Positions 31,960-50,374 of a DNA stretch of 64,000 bases are shown here, piece after piece. The stretch is taken from assembly GCF_009914755.1 (NCBI RefSeq), contig NC_060929.1; one strand, 5' to 3'. Position 1 is the stretch's first letter, and every line of letters starts with the position of its first letter. Origin of the DNA: the human T2T-CHM13v2.0 reference genome, Homo sapiens. The notes beneath the pieces were generated by a model that worked only from the letters and a program-made list of their open reading frames with translations, was not told the origin of the DNA and made no database searches. The position numbers and the translations under genes were made by a program.

Positions 31960-32330
31960 TTTTATGGGTCTTTGTTGTTTTTATACCCATCCTCCCAACA
32001 TCATTTCCACTTTCTTTTCCTAAGAAGGCCCCAACTCAACTTTGATGAGCCTCTCCATTCCCACTTGCAGTTCAAGTGCCCTGGGTGGGCACCATGTGCC
32101 TCCAGAGATGGAGCATGTGACCCAGTCCCAGCCAATTGGAGCACTAAGTTTCTCTGACCACAGTAATTAGTTCATCACAGGAAACATGATCCAAGTTGGT
32201 CCAATCATAAGAATAAAGAGATATGTGTAGTAGCTATCAGAATATTCTATTTTTCTGTCTGTCCCACTGGATTTCAATAGTTGGAGCCTAAAACATAAAT
32301 GTCCCATGGACTAAGCCCCACAATACTCAC
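31960..32330. mobile_element. Old MaLR LTR fragment (MLT1J/K-like)
   Basis: gcatgtgacccagtcccagccaat and acatgatccaagttggtccaatca motifs. Confidence 0.5.
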
Positions 32331-32674
32331 TGGCTAGAGTTTTTAGGGAAGTCAACTTTAGGGAAGTCAAAATGGAGAAACCATGAAAGTTATTTATTTA
32401 TACTTTCAAATTTAATTTGGCAATGTCGTATACTGCCAAATCATTGATCCCTAGAGAATCCCAATCAGAATACTGGAGGGCGACGGCTAAGATGAGGAAT
32501 GGTGCAGGAGCTTAGAACCTTGCTCTGGACTATCTAACTGCAACTGTAAACTTAGGCGGAATGAACTATACCCCAAATCTATCCAAAAATACATTCTTGT
32601 CTGGATGAAGAGCTGGTTTATCAAGCGATAACTAAGGCTACTTTGGAGCCAACAGTGTAAACCGTGCTTACTTT

Positions 32675-33385
32675 CACATTCACTCAACAAATATTTATTG
32701 AGTGTATACCGTTCTAAGAAACTGGGTAAAATAAGCAGTGCCTGCCTTCATGTATCTTAAAGTCTTGCAGGGGAAACAAACAAACAGGCAATTATCATAT
32801 AATATCATAAATATTATAATGAGAAGAGTATATAAAATATTAAGGGGACATTTTAGAGAAGCAGCTAATCTAGGCTTTGGTGGTCCACAAAAGCTTCTGA
32901 GAGATTGTGCCATAACTAGCCAAATGAAGTGGTGAAGAAGAATGCTCTCAGTAGCAAGAGAATGCCATTTATGGAAAAATGGAAGTAATGCATTAGAACT
33001 GGAATACGGGCCGTAAAGTAGAAAGTGGTATGATACAATATAGATGGAACAGGGGCCAAATCACAAAAGCCTTTAACAGCCATGTTAAAAAGTCTGGATT
33101 TTAATCAATTGAAAGCAATGGGGAACTACTGAAGGCTTTTAAGCAGAAAAGCAGCATAACAAGATTGACATTTTAGAAGCATCACTCCAAATGCAGCATG
33201 CAGAATGGATTGGAGGGAGACAAGAGAAGAACATTTCTATTAGCCCCTTAGTGTGACCAACAAGGAGGATATTGCAGTAACCCAGGTGAGAGATGATACT
33301 GTTCTAAATCAAGCCATTGTCAGAGAGATGTAAAAGAATTTCAGAGGGATTAAGGAGGTCGAAGCAGTAGGGTTTATTATTTTAT
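32675..33385 (-). mobile_element. L2 fragment
   Basis: cattcactcaacaaatatttattgagtg, gaagcaatggggaactactgaagg-like and ttgcagtaacccaggtgagagatgat motifs. Confidence 0.7.
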
Positions 33386-34063
33386 TGGTTCTGAAGCTTG
33401 CCTGATCTTCGGCCATCAACTCCCAGATGGCCAGTCAGGATGCTACATATTCTATCAGGAGTGTTAATAGAAGAGATTCTTACAACAGACAAGGGACTGG
33501 TTCATCTCACTTAGGATCCTTTTCAAGTTTGCAGTACTTTGATTCTGTGCTGAAGATAGGGAATAAGAATGAATAATTACTTAATTAATGATTTATTGAA
33601 TGATAGGAGTGGGGACCCCCTCGTTGCCTAAAAATTGGTAAGATATTGGAAATAAAAAGAAAGCACTACTTATAATGGCATTGCATTGCACACACAGCTA
33701 ACCTATTCTGAGAGAGAAAGAGAGGACCCAATTGAATATTACCGGCAATTTTGTTCAGTGTTCCACTGATTGATCACATGCCCCCAAATAAACATGAGAC
33801 AAGAGCTGGGTATCTTCTCTTCCTTCAGTCAACTCAGTTCCCACTGTCCTTCACTGGGGACAAACTCTGGCATTCTTCTTCTAATTCTGGTGATCAAGGA
33901 TATGAATTTTTGAATTTTCAAACATCATGGCTCCCCAAAATATAAGGCAAATACTTATTACAGTTCTCAAGATAATGTGTTCCAATACTAGAAAAATGGT
34001 GATGTGGATTTATTGAGAAAGGGCATATTAGGCCCCACTTTTGTATAATGTGCTTGTGTATAA

Positions 34064-34382
<319 letters not shown>

Positions 34383-35065
34383 GGTATTTTTTTTTAACTG
34401 TGAAAATTCACCTTAAATATTAATCTTAGAAACTTTTGAGTGAGATTTGACTCCAGAGAAGAATAAATTAATGGAAATTACACTATCCCAGAAGTTGCAG
34501 AACTTGAAAATACAAATTTTATAAGTTCCAGAAGGATCATTGGAAGCCAGGGCATTTCAGAACAATTCTAATATGATGTTGTCCTTCCAATAAAACATTG
34601 CTCATCACAACTATCTGAGAAAAAGAGTGAGTGGAGGCCTTCTTCAGCCCTCATAGTCTTGTGGATAGAAAGCTCCTAAAGGTGGTGGAGGAGCCAAGAT
34701 GGCCAAATAGGAACAGCTCCGGTCTACAGCTCCCAGCCTGAGCGACACAGAAGATGCGTGATTTCTGCATTTCCATCTGAGCTTTGAAGAGAGCAGTGGT
34801 TCTCCCAGTACGCAGCTGGAGATCTGAGAACGGGCAGACTGCCTCCTCAAGTGGGTCCCTGACCCGTGACCCCCGAGCAGCCTAACTGGGAGGCACCCTC
34901 CAGCAGGGGCACACTGACACCTCACACTGCAGGGTACTCCAACAGACCTGCAGCTGAGGGTCCTGTCTGCTACAAGGAAAACTAACAAACAGAAAGGACA
35001 TCCACACCAAAAACCCATCTGTACATCACCATCATCAAAGACCAAAAGTAGATAAAACCACAAAG

Positions 35066-36037
35066 ATGGGGAAAAAACAGAACAGAAAAACTGGAAACTC
35101 TAAAAATCAGAGTGCCTCTCCTCCTCCAAAGGAACGCAGCTCCTCACCAGCAACGGAACAAAGCTGGACGGAGAATGACTTTGATGAGCTGAGAGAAGAA
35201 GGCTTTAGACGATCAAATTACTCTGAGCTACGGGAGGACATTCAAACCAAAGGCAAAGAAGTTGAAAACTTTGAAAAAAATTTAGAAGAATGTATAACTA
35301 GAATAACCAATACAGAGAAGTGCTTAAAGGAGCTGATGGAGCTGAAAACCAAGGCTCCAGAACTATGTGAAGAATGCAGAAGCCTCAGGAGCCGATGCGA
35401 TCAACTGGAAGAAAGGGTATCAGCAATGGAAGATGAAATGAATGAAATGAAGCAAGAAGGAAAGTTTAGAGAAAAAAGAATAAAAAGAAATGAGCAAAGC
35501 CTCCAAGAAATATGGGACTATGTGAAAAGACCAAATCTACGTCTGATTGGTGTACCTGAAAGTGATGGGGAGAATGGAACCAAGTTGGAAAACACTCTGC
35601 AGGATATTATCCAGGAGAATTTCCCCAATCTAGCAAGGCAGGCCAACGTTCAGATTCAGGAAATACAGAGAACGCCACAAAGATACTCCTCGAGAAGAGC
35701 AACTCCAAGACACATAATTGTCAGATTCACCAAAGTTGAAATGAAGGAAAAAATGTTAAGGGCAGCCAGAGAGAAAGGTCGGGTTACTCTCAAAGGGAAG
35801 CCCATCAGACTAACAGCGGATCTGTCGGCAGAAACTCTACAAGCCAGAAGAGAGTGGGGGCCAATATTCAACATTCTTAAAGAAAAGAATTTTCAACCCA
35901 GAATTTCATATCCAGCCAAACTAAGCTTCATAAGTGAAGGAGAAATAAAATACTTTACAGACAAGCAAATGCTGAGAGATTTTGTCACCACCAGGCCTGC
36001 CCTAAAAGAGCTCCTGAAGGAAGCGCTAAACATGTAA
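35066..36037 (+). pseudogene. L1 ORF1p, 323 aa, truncated by a premature stop (GAA>TAA) 15 residues before the normal end
   Basis: MGKKQNRKTGNSK...LKEALNM*. The downstream sequence aggaacaaccggtaccag still encodes the normal C-terminus. Confidence 0.93.
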
Positions 36038-36118
36038 AGGAACAACCGGTACCAGCCACTGCAAAATCATGCCAAAATGTAAAGACCATCGAGACTAGGA
36101 AGAAACTGCATCAACTAA

Positions 36119-39971
<3,853 letters not shown>

Positions 39972-41526
39972 ACAATGAGATCACATGGACACAGGAAGGG
40001 GAACATCACACTCTGGGGACTGTTGTGGGGTGGGGGGAGGGGGGAGGGATAGCATTGGGAGATATACCTAATGCTAGATGACGAGTTAGTGGGTGTAGCA
40101 CACCAGCATGGCACATGTATACGTATGTAACTAACCTGCACAATGTGCACATGTACCCTAAAACTTAAAGTATAATAATTAAAAAAATAAAGAAAGAAAG
40201 AAAGAAATAAAATAAAATAAAATAAAATAAAATAAAATAAAGCTCCTAAAGGTATGTTAAGTGGTTAAGTTTCTGGATCCTCTTCTTGCAGACTGCTCAG
40301 GTAAAATGCTGATTCAGGACTTTCACTTGTCAATCAATTTCTCCAGCGGGAGCCAAAATACTTTTTTGAAAAATGTTGTCCTGTCTAAATTGACCCAGAT
40401 GCTGTGATTTAATCTGCAACTGGAAGATACAGTTCGGGCAGTCTCTTTTTCCCTTTGGTTTCCATAAGCTTTCTCTCCTTTTCTATTTTTCAATATAAAA
40501 TAAAGGACAAGACTTTACAGTGATTAAGAAGCACACATAGTAATTCCACAAATGTTGCTAGGCAACAAGGGCCACGTATTAGCTCAATGAATGGATTCTG
40601 GGCATCTGCACGAAGGAGAAATATGAGGAGCTTGTGAGTGAACTGTCTTGATAACCACAAGGGTTAGTGCTTTTTGACACACATGCTGTTGGATATGCCT
40701 GAGAAAGGGAAAAGGCACACTTATTTTAAACCTTTCTGATGGTTTATTTTTCCAAAATGTGTTTAGAATTCTCTTTGATGGAAATTTGACACAGTGTGTT
40801 ATAATGATCATTATCTCAAGCGGGAAAGTAGGTAAAAATGGCCTGTTTCTATTTCTCTAGTTCAGGGCTGCACCTATAGCCTGAGTTATTTTAACATCTT
40901 CCCTCCTGATCCTAATAGGCATGCTTTTTCCCCCTCCCATACCAGTCCATTCACTCAGCTGATAAATTACAAGGGCATGTTCTATCTGCTAGTGAGCAAC
41001 TCCTCTCCCTTGTGATCAGTATTTACCCTCTTCAGTTGCTGTGATAATATAATATTATTGACTCTAAGAAGTCTGCTTTATTTTGTTCCTATTACAAAGC
41101 AATACATGATCATTAACAAAAAAGCAGAAAAATATAGACACATGAATGAACATTAGTATCTGTGTTCATCTTCACCAGAAAGAATAATATAATATAAATT
41201 AAGGCAATGTAAATACCTTGGTGCATATCATTCTAGATTTTTTTCTGTACATACACAGACAGATTTTTTTCTTCTATCACCCATATAAAAAAGTTATAAC
41301 TTACCTTATAAACTCCACAATAGCCAACATAGTTTTTAATGACTTCTGCACTACACCAGGATCATTTAAGTATTTTAATGAAACTTGGAAGAGTAATTAA
41401 CAGGGTAAATGATCAGCTATTAGATAACTCTACTAATCTTATTGCATTTTCCTGTTAATCACCTAAACCCAACCATAGTTAGCTTTATTAATTACAGAAT
41501 CTTATATCATTATTTCCTTTCCATTT

Positions 41527-41923
41527 TGATATGGTTTGGATATTTGTCCCCTCTAAATCTTATGTTGAACTATAATCCTCATTGTCGGAGGTAGGACCTG
41601 GTAGGAGGTGGCTGGATCATGAGGATAGATTTCTCATAAATGGTTTAATGCCATGTTTGTGCTGTTCTCACAATAGTGAGTGATTTCTCACGAGATCTGG
41701 TTGTTTACAAGTGTGTGGTCCTTCCCACTTCCCTCTCTCTTGCTCCTGCTTTGGTGCCTGCTTCTGCTTCACCTTCTGCCATGAGTAAAGGCACCCTGGG
41801 GTGCCAGGCAGATGCTAGTGCCTTGCTTGTACAGACTACCCAACCATGAGCCAACTAAACCTCTTTTGTTTATAAATTACCCAATCTCAGGTATTTACAG
41901 CAATGCAAGCACAGCCTAACACA
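41527..41923. mobile_element. MSTB-like MaLR solo LTR
   Basis: tgatatggtttggatatttgtccc...tataaattacccaatctcagg...ctaacaca. TSD cattt and cactt. Confidence 0.88.
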
Positions 41924-41935
41924 CACTTCTTATAA

Positions 41936-42262
<327 letters not shown>

Positions 42263-42299
42263 TAACCTAGTCAAGTCTCTTACCTGGTTCTTACAGTAA

Positions 42300-43160
42300 T
42301 GAATTAATCAGGACTCTGGTTTCAAATTTCAGAAACTTCAACTCAAAGGGACTCAAGCAAAAGGCAAAGTATGGCTGCGATGCTAAAAGTTGCAGTAGGA
42401 GAGGCTAGCTGAATGCATAGTGGAAGTCACAGACTCAAGTAAGTCAGCAAGGCTTAGCTTCACTCCCACTGTCTCTCAGCAATTCCCTCTTCGGCAACAG
42501 CTTCATTCCTGGGCCAGCTCTCTCCAAAACGTGAGGAGATGGCCATCAGCATCTCTAGGCTTCTATGTTCTCAAGAACTCTAGGGGAAAAACAGTCCTCT
42601 GATTTAGTCCCAGGAGTCACTCTGATTGTACCCTTCTGAACCAATCACTGTAGCCAGGGGTCAGGTGCTCTGAGTGGGGCCAGACCTGGAGAACATGCCC
42701 ACTCTGAAGCCTGATGACACAGTTCACCCCACCCAAAACTCAAGAACCCAAGAGTCAAGGAGCAGTCATTCCCCAAAAGCAAAATCAGGGTTCTATCCGC
42801 AAGGATACTGTGCAGTCAAAAGCAGCAACCAACTTTTCCTGTGTGTTCCATCTACTCTTTCTGATCCATTCTACACTCTTCTCCAACCAGGCTCAGCTTA
42901 TGGACCGTATCAACCAGCTTCTTTCCCTCTGGCTTCAATTGGGCTTACTCAACAGGATGCATTAGCAGGAGAGTGAAATCACCATATTTCTTCATCTCCT
43001 GCCTTGGTGGGTTACAGGTTGGCAGCAGCTGTGTTCCTGATCTCTTTGTGGGATCTGATAATAACTCTCTCCCCTCGGCCCTTCAGGCACAAGGATGATA
43101 ACAGCTCACTGCTGTGCTAAGCTCCAAGGTATTCCACCATCCTTTGTTGATTTTAACCTT
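42300..43160. mobile_element. Old LTR relics (MLT1K/L-like and LTR33/16-like)
   Basis: ctctgattg...ctgaaccaatcactgtagccagggg motif. The second half is less certain. Confidence 0.45.
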
Positions 43161-44199
43161 GCACACACCTTTAACTCATTTGTGCCTGCTTTCCCTTTCC
43201 TATGGGACCTCCTATCAGGCTGCTCAACCTATCACTGTTCCTTCATGTCAACCACAAATTTGGTTAGCCGTTAAAGTCTTCATTCAAGAAATGGATGTGA
43301 ATATTTAAAGTTCAAAGCTAAGGGCCACTGTCAATTTAATCCAAATTGCCTGTTATTATGACCTAGGCTTTGGTGACCACAGAAGTATACTGAGGATTGT
43401 GACACATACAGCCGATTCCAATCACTTTCATTTTGGGTTGATTTAGTAGGGTATATCTGGAATATATTCTGTGAAGGTTATATTTTAGTGGAGATGATCT
43501 TGATTCTCTAGGAGGATTGAAAAGAAAGTGAATGAAGAAAGGAAAGAAGAAAGTAAGAAAAGAATTGAGGGAGGAAAGAAGGAAGAGAGAGAAAAAAGAA
43601 AAAGGACCTAGGAATAAGGAGTTTTGATCTTGGAGTAAAGAAACCTTAGAATTCAGTCCAGCTTTGTTTTTGACCATTGTAGGTGGCCTTGGGACATCTT
43701 TCCTTTTCACCGGACCTCTCTCTCCTGGCTTGTAAACACTAGGATTGGGCCAGACCATTTTTAAGGTCCCTTCCAGTTTTAATAATCTATGAAGTTCTAA
43801 TGAACTACAATTAATGATGCTTGCAAGAAAAAAATGCCCTTACAAACACTGCCTGTTCAAAGAAAATTAAGATACTTTATTAAATTAGATAAATATATTT
43901 TTTTCTGACCAAGAAAGCAAAATCTTTTTGAAAACTAGGCAATCATTTAAGTTAATTATGGAATGAAAACCCAAGGTAGTGCCTGCCCTCAATTCAAAAC
44001 AAACTTGTTTTTGTTCAGATTCTTGCTACAGACCAAATTTTATGTACAGACAACGTGGGGCTATCAATAGGGATCTGCAGTGAAGCCCAAGGAAAACACT
44101 AATGAAGCCAGCAGGAGCCCACACAGCCTAGCCATCGACACAATGCAAAATTGAAAACACGACTGAAAATCCACAGAGGAGGATGTCCCCACACTTCTT

Positions 44200-44360
44200 T
44201 GTGTGTGATTTGCCTGGTCCAGCCAAGATTGTAGAAGCTGTAGGAGGAAGATAAAAAAATTTTTAAAAAAGAAAGGGCCAAAGCAGGAAATGAGCTGTAA
44301 CTTGACAGAGTCACAAAAGAAAACAGAAAAGCATGAAACATATCAGGTCCAAAGAAGGAA
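44200..44360 (+). mobile_element. L3/CR1 LINE fragment
   Basis: gggccaaagcaggaaatgagctg...aaagaaaacagaaaagc resembles CR1/L3 ORF2. Confidence 0.4.
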
Positions 44361-44929
44361 TTTGGAAAATATAGCCTGTTTATTTTGAAATGAGGCAATT
44401 GATAATATAAAAAAGGATACCAAAATAAATTAAAAGCTCTGAGGTATTTTATGCTAAAAATACTCATTATAAATAGCCAGGGTACAAGAACAGACAATAG
44501 ACAAGCCGAGTTTGAGAAACTAAATGTGTTGATATTTTAGGGGAAAAGAGGTAATGTAAGCAAAAGAGAGACTCCATCCTTGAGGGCTGGATGTTCACCT
44601 GGGGCAAGGTCAGACAAGGGCAGAGCACCTGCACCAGACCCAGTGAGAGCTTCACAGCCTCGACAAAGAAGGTAGGAGAAAAGGGAAGAAAAGTCAGAGG
44701 TTGAACCATCTGTGCTGACAAAATGGTTTTAAGTTGCTTGCCAAGAAACTGATCAGTCTGTAATGGCAGCCTTAAACATTGTGTTGAAAAGGAAGGTGAA
44801 GTCATAGCAGAACCAGGCACAGGAATAAAGAATGATAGATTGGCAGTGTTTCCAGTGGGGATGGCAGTAGGAAGGGAAGGTGGTGACCCACTTGAGTAAT
44901 TTGCTGACCTTGGAATGTATGTTCTAGAA

Positions 44930-45254
44930 CTATACTGTCCGATATGGTAGCCACTAGCCACGTTTAGTTATTTAACACCTGTAATGTGGCTGGACAGAAT
45001 TCAGCTGGGCTGTAAGTGGAAAATGCACAATGGATTTTGAAAACTAAGTACAAAAATATATACTACTTTAATAATTTGCATATTGATTATAGGCAGAAAT
45101 AATACTTTAGATATGTTAAGTTAAATTGAATAAATTATTAAAATTGGCTTCACCCATCTCTTTTTGCTTATTTTTAACATAGTTGTTACAAAATTTAAAA
45201 TCACATATGTGGCTAGCATCTGTGGTCTGCATTATATTTCTATTGGACAACCTG
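44930..45254 (-). mobile_element. MER33-like hAT DNA transposon
   Basis: TIR-like ends ctatactgtccgatatggtagccactagccac and attatatttctattggacaacctg, about 325 bp. Confidence 0.82.
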
Positions 45255-48200
45255 CTCTGTAAAGTCCCTTTTCTGTCTCTCCAGGCTTCTGTGATATGAT
45301 GATATTCAGGAAGCCTTGACTTAGCCCTCACTATCTTCTCCATCTCAAGCAGAGCCTTGTCTCAGACTAACCAAAAGGAAACCACATTGAGACTCAACAG
45401 ATGCTGTAACCACACAACTCACACCCACGTGAGAATATACACTTACTTAGAAGAACAGTCACTGCCACCTCCTCACATGTACACCCCATTCATCACATAT
45501 GTACACAAGCATATTTGTATGTGTCAGAAAAATATCCATAAATAGGAAAGGAATATTAGCAGAATCATTGTCACAGTGAAAATTACATTTCAACTGTAAT
45601 TATTTGTTTGAGTTAGGGAGACTCATTAGTGCTTGTTAATAAGAAAAGGTTCTTTGAAATTCAAGAATATTTAACTTCATGTCTTCCAATTCCTAACAAG
45701 AAATCAATTTACTGAGAGGGGATTCCAGAATCATGCTTCTATGTATAACCAAGACATCAGGGCTGCCCACGCATGACAGAGAGTCAAAAGTAAGCTTTGG
45801 CCTTGACATAAAAACCTCCAGTGTGATCGCCAACCAGCACAATTGGATTCTACTCTCTTAGCTGTCTTCTCTGGACTTCTGCTCTTTTCCAACCCTATGA
45901 GCCACCTGGTCTTCCAGTCCTGTCTTCCACTAGAATCTACCACCTAGCACACCTAGCAGTACCTGCCAGTTGCATCAAACTCCTGGTCCAGACTCTGCTA
46001 GTCAGTCCATGGTAGCATAGAGAGACCAATTCTAACGACTGTTTTGAGGCTGTGGTCCAGCAAGTTTGTGTTCTTGAACTTTTCAATTAGGTGAGCTAGT
46101 AAATTCTCACTGTTGCTGAAGCCACTTTGAATTTAGTTTATCTTGCTTAAAACTGTAAAAATCCTAACAGCACTCTTCAAATATTTGAAGAGCGATTCCA
46201 TGGATAATCTATTTTTTCTGTACTTCAAGGGGTGGCTTCTAGTGAAGTCTCTCCTGATGATGTACTTTCACCCTGAAATTTCCTTTTCATTTATCCTTTT
46301 CAAAAAATGGTCTACAGGTCATGATTATCATTTTTAGAACTTGCCTTGGTGATCTGGTCCATCCATAATAAAGGGAATTCAAAGGTCATTTCAATACTTC
46401 ATTCTGAGTTACTGACAATACTCAACATCAAGTCATTCTTGCTGCTTATTTGGATCCCAGCTCTGGGCTCTTGGCTTCTGTGTGGATCCTGAGACCCAGA
46501 TGCCAATTTGCATTCCAGCTTTGACCGGTATCCAAATGCATCCTGATGTTTCTGACTGCCTCTTGTAATAATTGCTCCAAACCCCAGTGGCTTCAGGATC
46601 AGGAGTCTGTCTACCTGATCATTCCTCCCAATCTAAGAACTGCAAATGGGTCCCTAGTACATTTTGAGAAACTTCTGTAAGTAAACTAAGCATCTTCTCT
46701 GTGGTTTAAAATTGTCAACTTCCAGATTACTCATTGCTATGGTCTAAATATTACCATTTACTGGATTTGCCTGATGCTAACTGTGTGTTATAAAACTGCT
46801 TTGTGGACTAATCTTTCCTCATGTACCTGTTATGTTTCTCTGTAACCAGCCCTATCCTGATGGGTAACTTTGTCTTCAAATCCCAGCCACATCTCACCAA
46901 ACTTTACTTAACCTTTCCACATGTCCCAACCTACAAGAAACACTGTATAAAACCACCATGCCTCTCTACCAATAGTTTATCATATTGTGATGTCATTCTT
47001 GTCAGGCTGATATCCTTCTGATACTCCTGTGTTTACTTACTGACACATGGATAGTAAGAAAACATTGAACTTAAGCAAAACTTACAGATTCAAAACTTGG
47101 TTCTGTTATTTACTAGCGGTGTGTCTTTAAGTGCAAAAGAAAATATCTTTTATACCTCTCAAATTTTCATTTTCCTTATCTATAAGTTGGGTTAATGATA
47201 CTTGCCCTTATTTTGCTAGATATTGTGAGACTTAGATAACAATGTATGTGAAAGCACGTTGTAAATTTTTTGAAGGACTATATAAATAAATCATTAATAT
47301 AAGGTTTTATTACTAGCCAGAATTGTTATCTCACACTCCTTTTTAACCACAAACAGCCATACATATTATTAATAGTTGGTGAATATTTGTCATTTCATAA
47401 ATATGTACGCAAGTACCCCTAAAAACCTATTTGTAAAGCAAAATGGAAATGTATGTCCAATGAACTAAGTGAGGGAGGGACTAGGGGGATAAAGCTGTTG
47501 AGGAAAAAGAAGGGGTAGAAAATATGAGTTGTAAATGTGAATGAGAAAAAGAGTGTTGGGCAGAGTGCAAATGCAAGAGAGAAAGAGAAACAGGGAAGAC
47601 AAGGCAAGTAGAATGCAATACAGGAGAGGAAGAGGAGGAAAAGACAGCAGGGAATGAGAAAAGACAACAGAACAGAAAAGGCACCAGACATTCCTAAACC
47701 ACAATTACCTGCTTGGAAAATGTTCAGAGACTGCAATGGAAGCAAGCTCCTTGCCCCCAGGTCCTTCAGGAAAAATGGGCCTTTGAACTTATCTTAAGGA
47801 AATCTTAGGCAGCCCAGTGAGGAAAACCGGTAGCCAAGGCCTCTCCACAGAGACAGACAATGCCTGCTCTGTGGGAAGAGACAAGAGATGGGGACAAAAA
47901 TTGGACAAATGAAATACTCGGATGTTTAACAACAGCACAGAAAATGAGGGGAGTAAAGGGGCAGAGGATGAGCTTAACATCCTGTAAAACAAAACCTGTT
48001 GTCAGACCTATTAAAATATTGCATAATTTGACACGATCTCACTGTTGTTGCTTTTCTTCACTGATATATGTAATAATCTGGGTTTAGTTGACTGCTAAGT
48101 CAAATTTAACCAATTATCTGGACATACTTAAAAACAGGACAGGAATTTTCAAGCCCAAGCAGAGTTGCTGCTTTCTAGGATCCTGAAGTGGGAATGGAAT

Positions 48201-50007
48201 TCTGATACACAGGAGGGACTTCAACCCTCTTTTGGAGTGTTCCCGTGCTAACGTTCTAGGTCCTCAGCTGATGTCAGTCACCTCTGAGGATGGCAAAAAT
48301 AAATAAATAAATAAATAAAGAGGTAACAGCAACTGCAGATTTCTGATTAGAGATGAGAAAGAATTCCTAGAGAATGAGTCAGTCAAAGAGAAACAGAAAG
48401 GTTATTAAAAGGGCGTTCCCCCTCCCGGATTTTCTTGGAGGGTTCCTGAATCACAGAGCACATGGCCTCACCTATCTGGGATGATATAGACGTTCCTTCT
48501 TAGAGTGGGCTATTTGTATTGCTGACTCAGTGACCTAAGGTACGGTCAGCTTTAGCACAGCACCTGGAACAAAGAAAGTCTTAGGGGTTTATGGTTATCG
48601 TAGTAGAGACAGTAGAAATAAAATGAATAGTAACAGCTGCAGTAGTAGTAGCAGCACTTGTAGAAGAGGAGTAATGCTGATCTTAGGAATTGGTGTAATA
48701 ATACCAGTATCTGTAAATTCTACAAATAGCTGTAATGTGGTAGTCAGGGATCTGAGCACTGCAATAAGACCTCCTAGGTTTGGCTGGTTGGTTCCATCCC
48801 TTACTATTAGTTGTATAAATTTGGGCAAGCTAATTAACTTTTCTGCACCTCAATATGAAATGCAGATAATAAGAGCACCCCTTCATAGAGTGGTCATATG
48901 GAGCGCATGAGAAAATACTTGTGAAGAGTTGAGCTCAGCACTTACACTCATTGAGCATTCAGTGCCTGTTAGCTAGTAGTAGCAGGGATGGTGGTGAGGG
49001 TGGCAGCCTGAGCAAGGGAATAGATCCCACCTAAGGGATACAAAATAAAAGGCATGTTGTCCCTGTCATTAGCAATCACATGCCAGGAAATCTGCAAACA
49101 GCACCACAGGAGAAGCCTTTTCAACCTCAAATAGAGAACTTGTGTTCTTTTCACTCTCCCGTCTCTTCTCCAAATCCCGTAGCCTCAGATTCCAGGCTGC
49201 AAGTGAAATTCAGTGTGTTGTGGGTGAAGTTTCAGGGGCATAGAGTGGAGATGGGTAATGGTTATTAATATCCACTGGGCACAAAACTTTCTATGATGGG
49301 CCTTCAATGATGTGGAGATATTGCCTAAAGAGTTAAAAAATAAAATAAAGGCTTTATCAATGTTTTTTAAATTCTTCCAACATTATAAGATGTCAGACTA
49401 AATACCAGGCATACGAAGTCCAGCAGAGGAGGCAGGCATGTTAAACCACTAATTACAAACAACAATGACAATTATAAATAATTGATAACAGCAATTTGTA
49501 TAGAGAGGTCTGGGAGCATAGAGGGGAGGTCAGGAGGCTTGGGGGTCAGGAGATGATAAATGACTTCATACTTTGAGGTGCAAGTAGGAAATTGGTGAAA
49601 GAAAGAGGGGACATGAAGGCTGGGATTAGGCTATAGAAAGATGGCCAGTCGTCTGGCTGAAAAATGAATTGGAGTTAGGGAGTCAAAAAGGTGTTTGGAG
49701 ATGATGCCAATCATGCAGAAAAGAGGTGAAGCCTTAAGACAGCAATGACAGGAAGGGTAGAGAGAGGGTGGCAGAGTCAAGGTTACATAATTCTAAATAA
49801 AACACTGCTAAAATTAAGCTGGTATAAAAAGGGTACTAGTTATTATTTTCAGAGTAAAACCTCATCAGTTCAACATAATTGGATAGAAGCATGTCAAAAT
49901 TAATCAAATATGATTTGTAGCTTTAAAAAATACATGACTAATAGCTTAGGAATTTTTGACTAGATGAGATATTTTAAATACTTTTCAACTTCCCCACTCT
50001 TAATTAG

Positions 50008-50374
<367 letters not shown>

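Noticed and set aside
32342-32370. Short direct repeat tttagggaagtcaa x2 (similar short repeats at ~60300 and ~62100)
   Set aside because: Two-copy slippage duplications with no further structure.
40181-40240. (AAAG)n/(AAAAT)n repeat resembling an array
   Set aside because: Ordinary microsatellite decay of the L1 poly-A tail, with no spacers.
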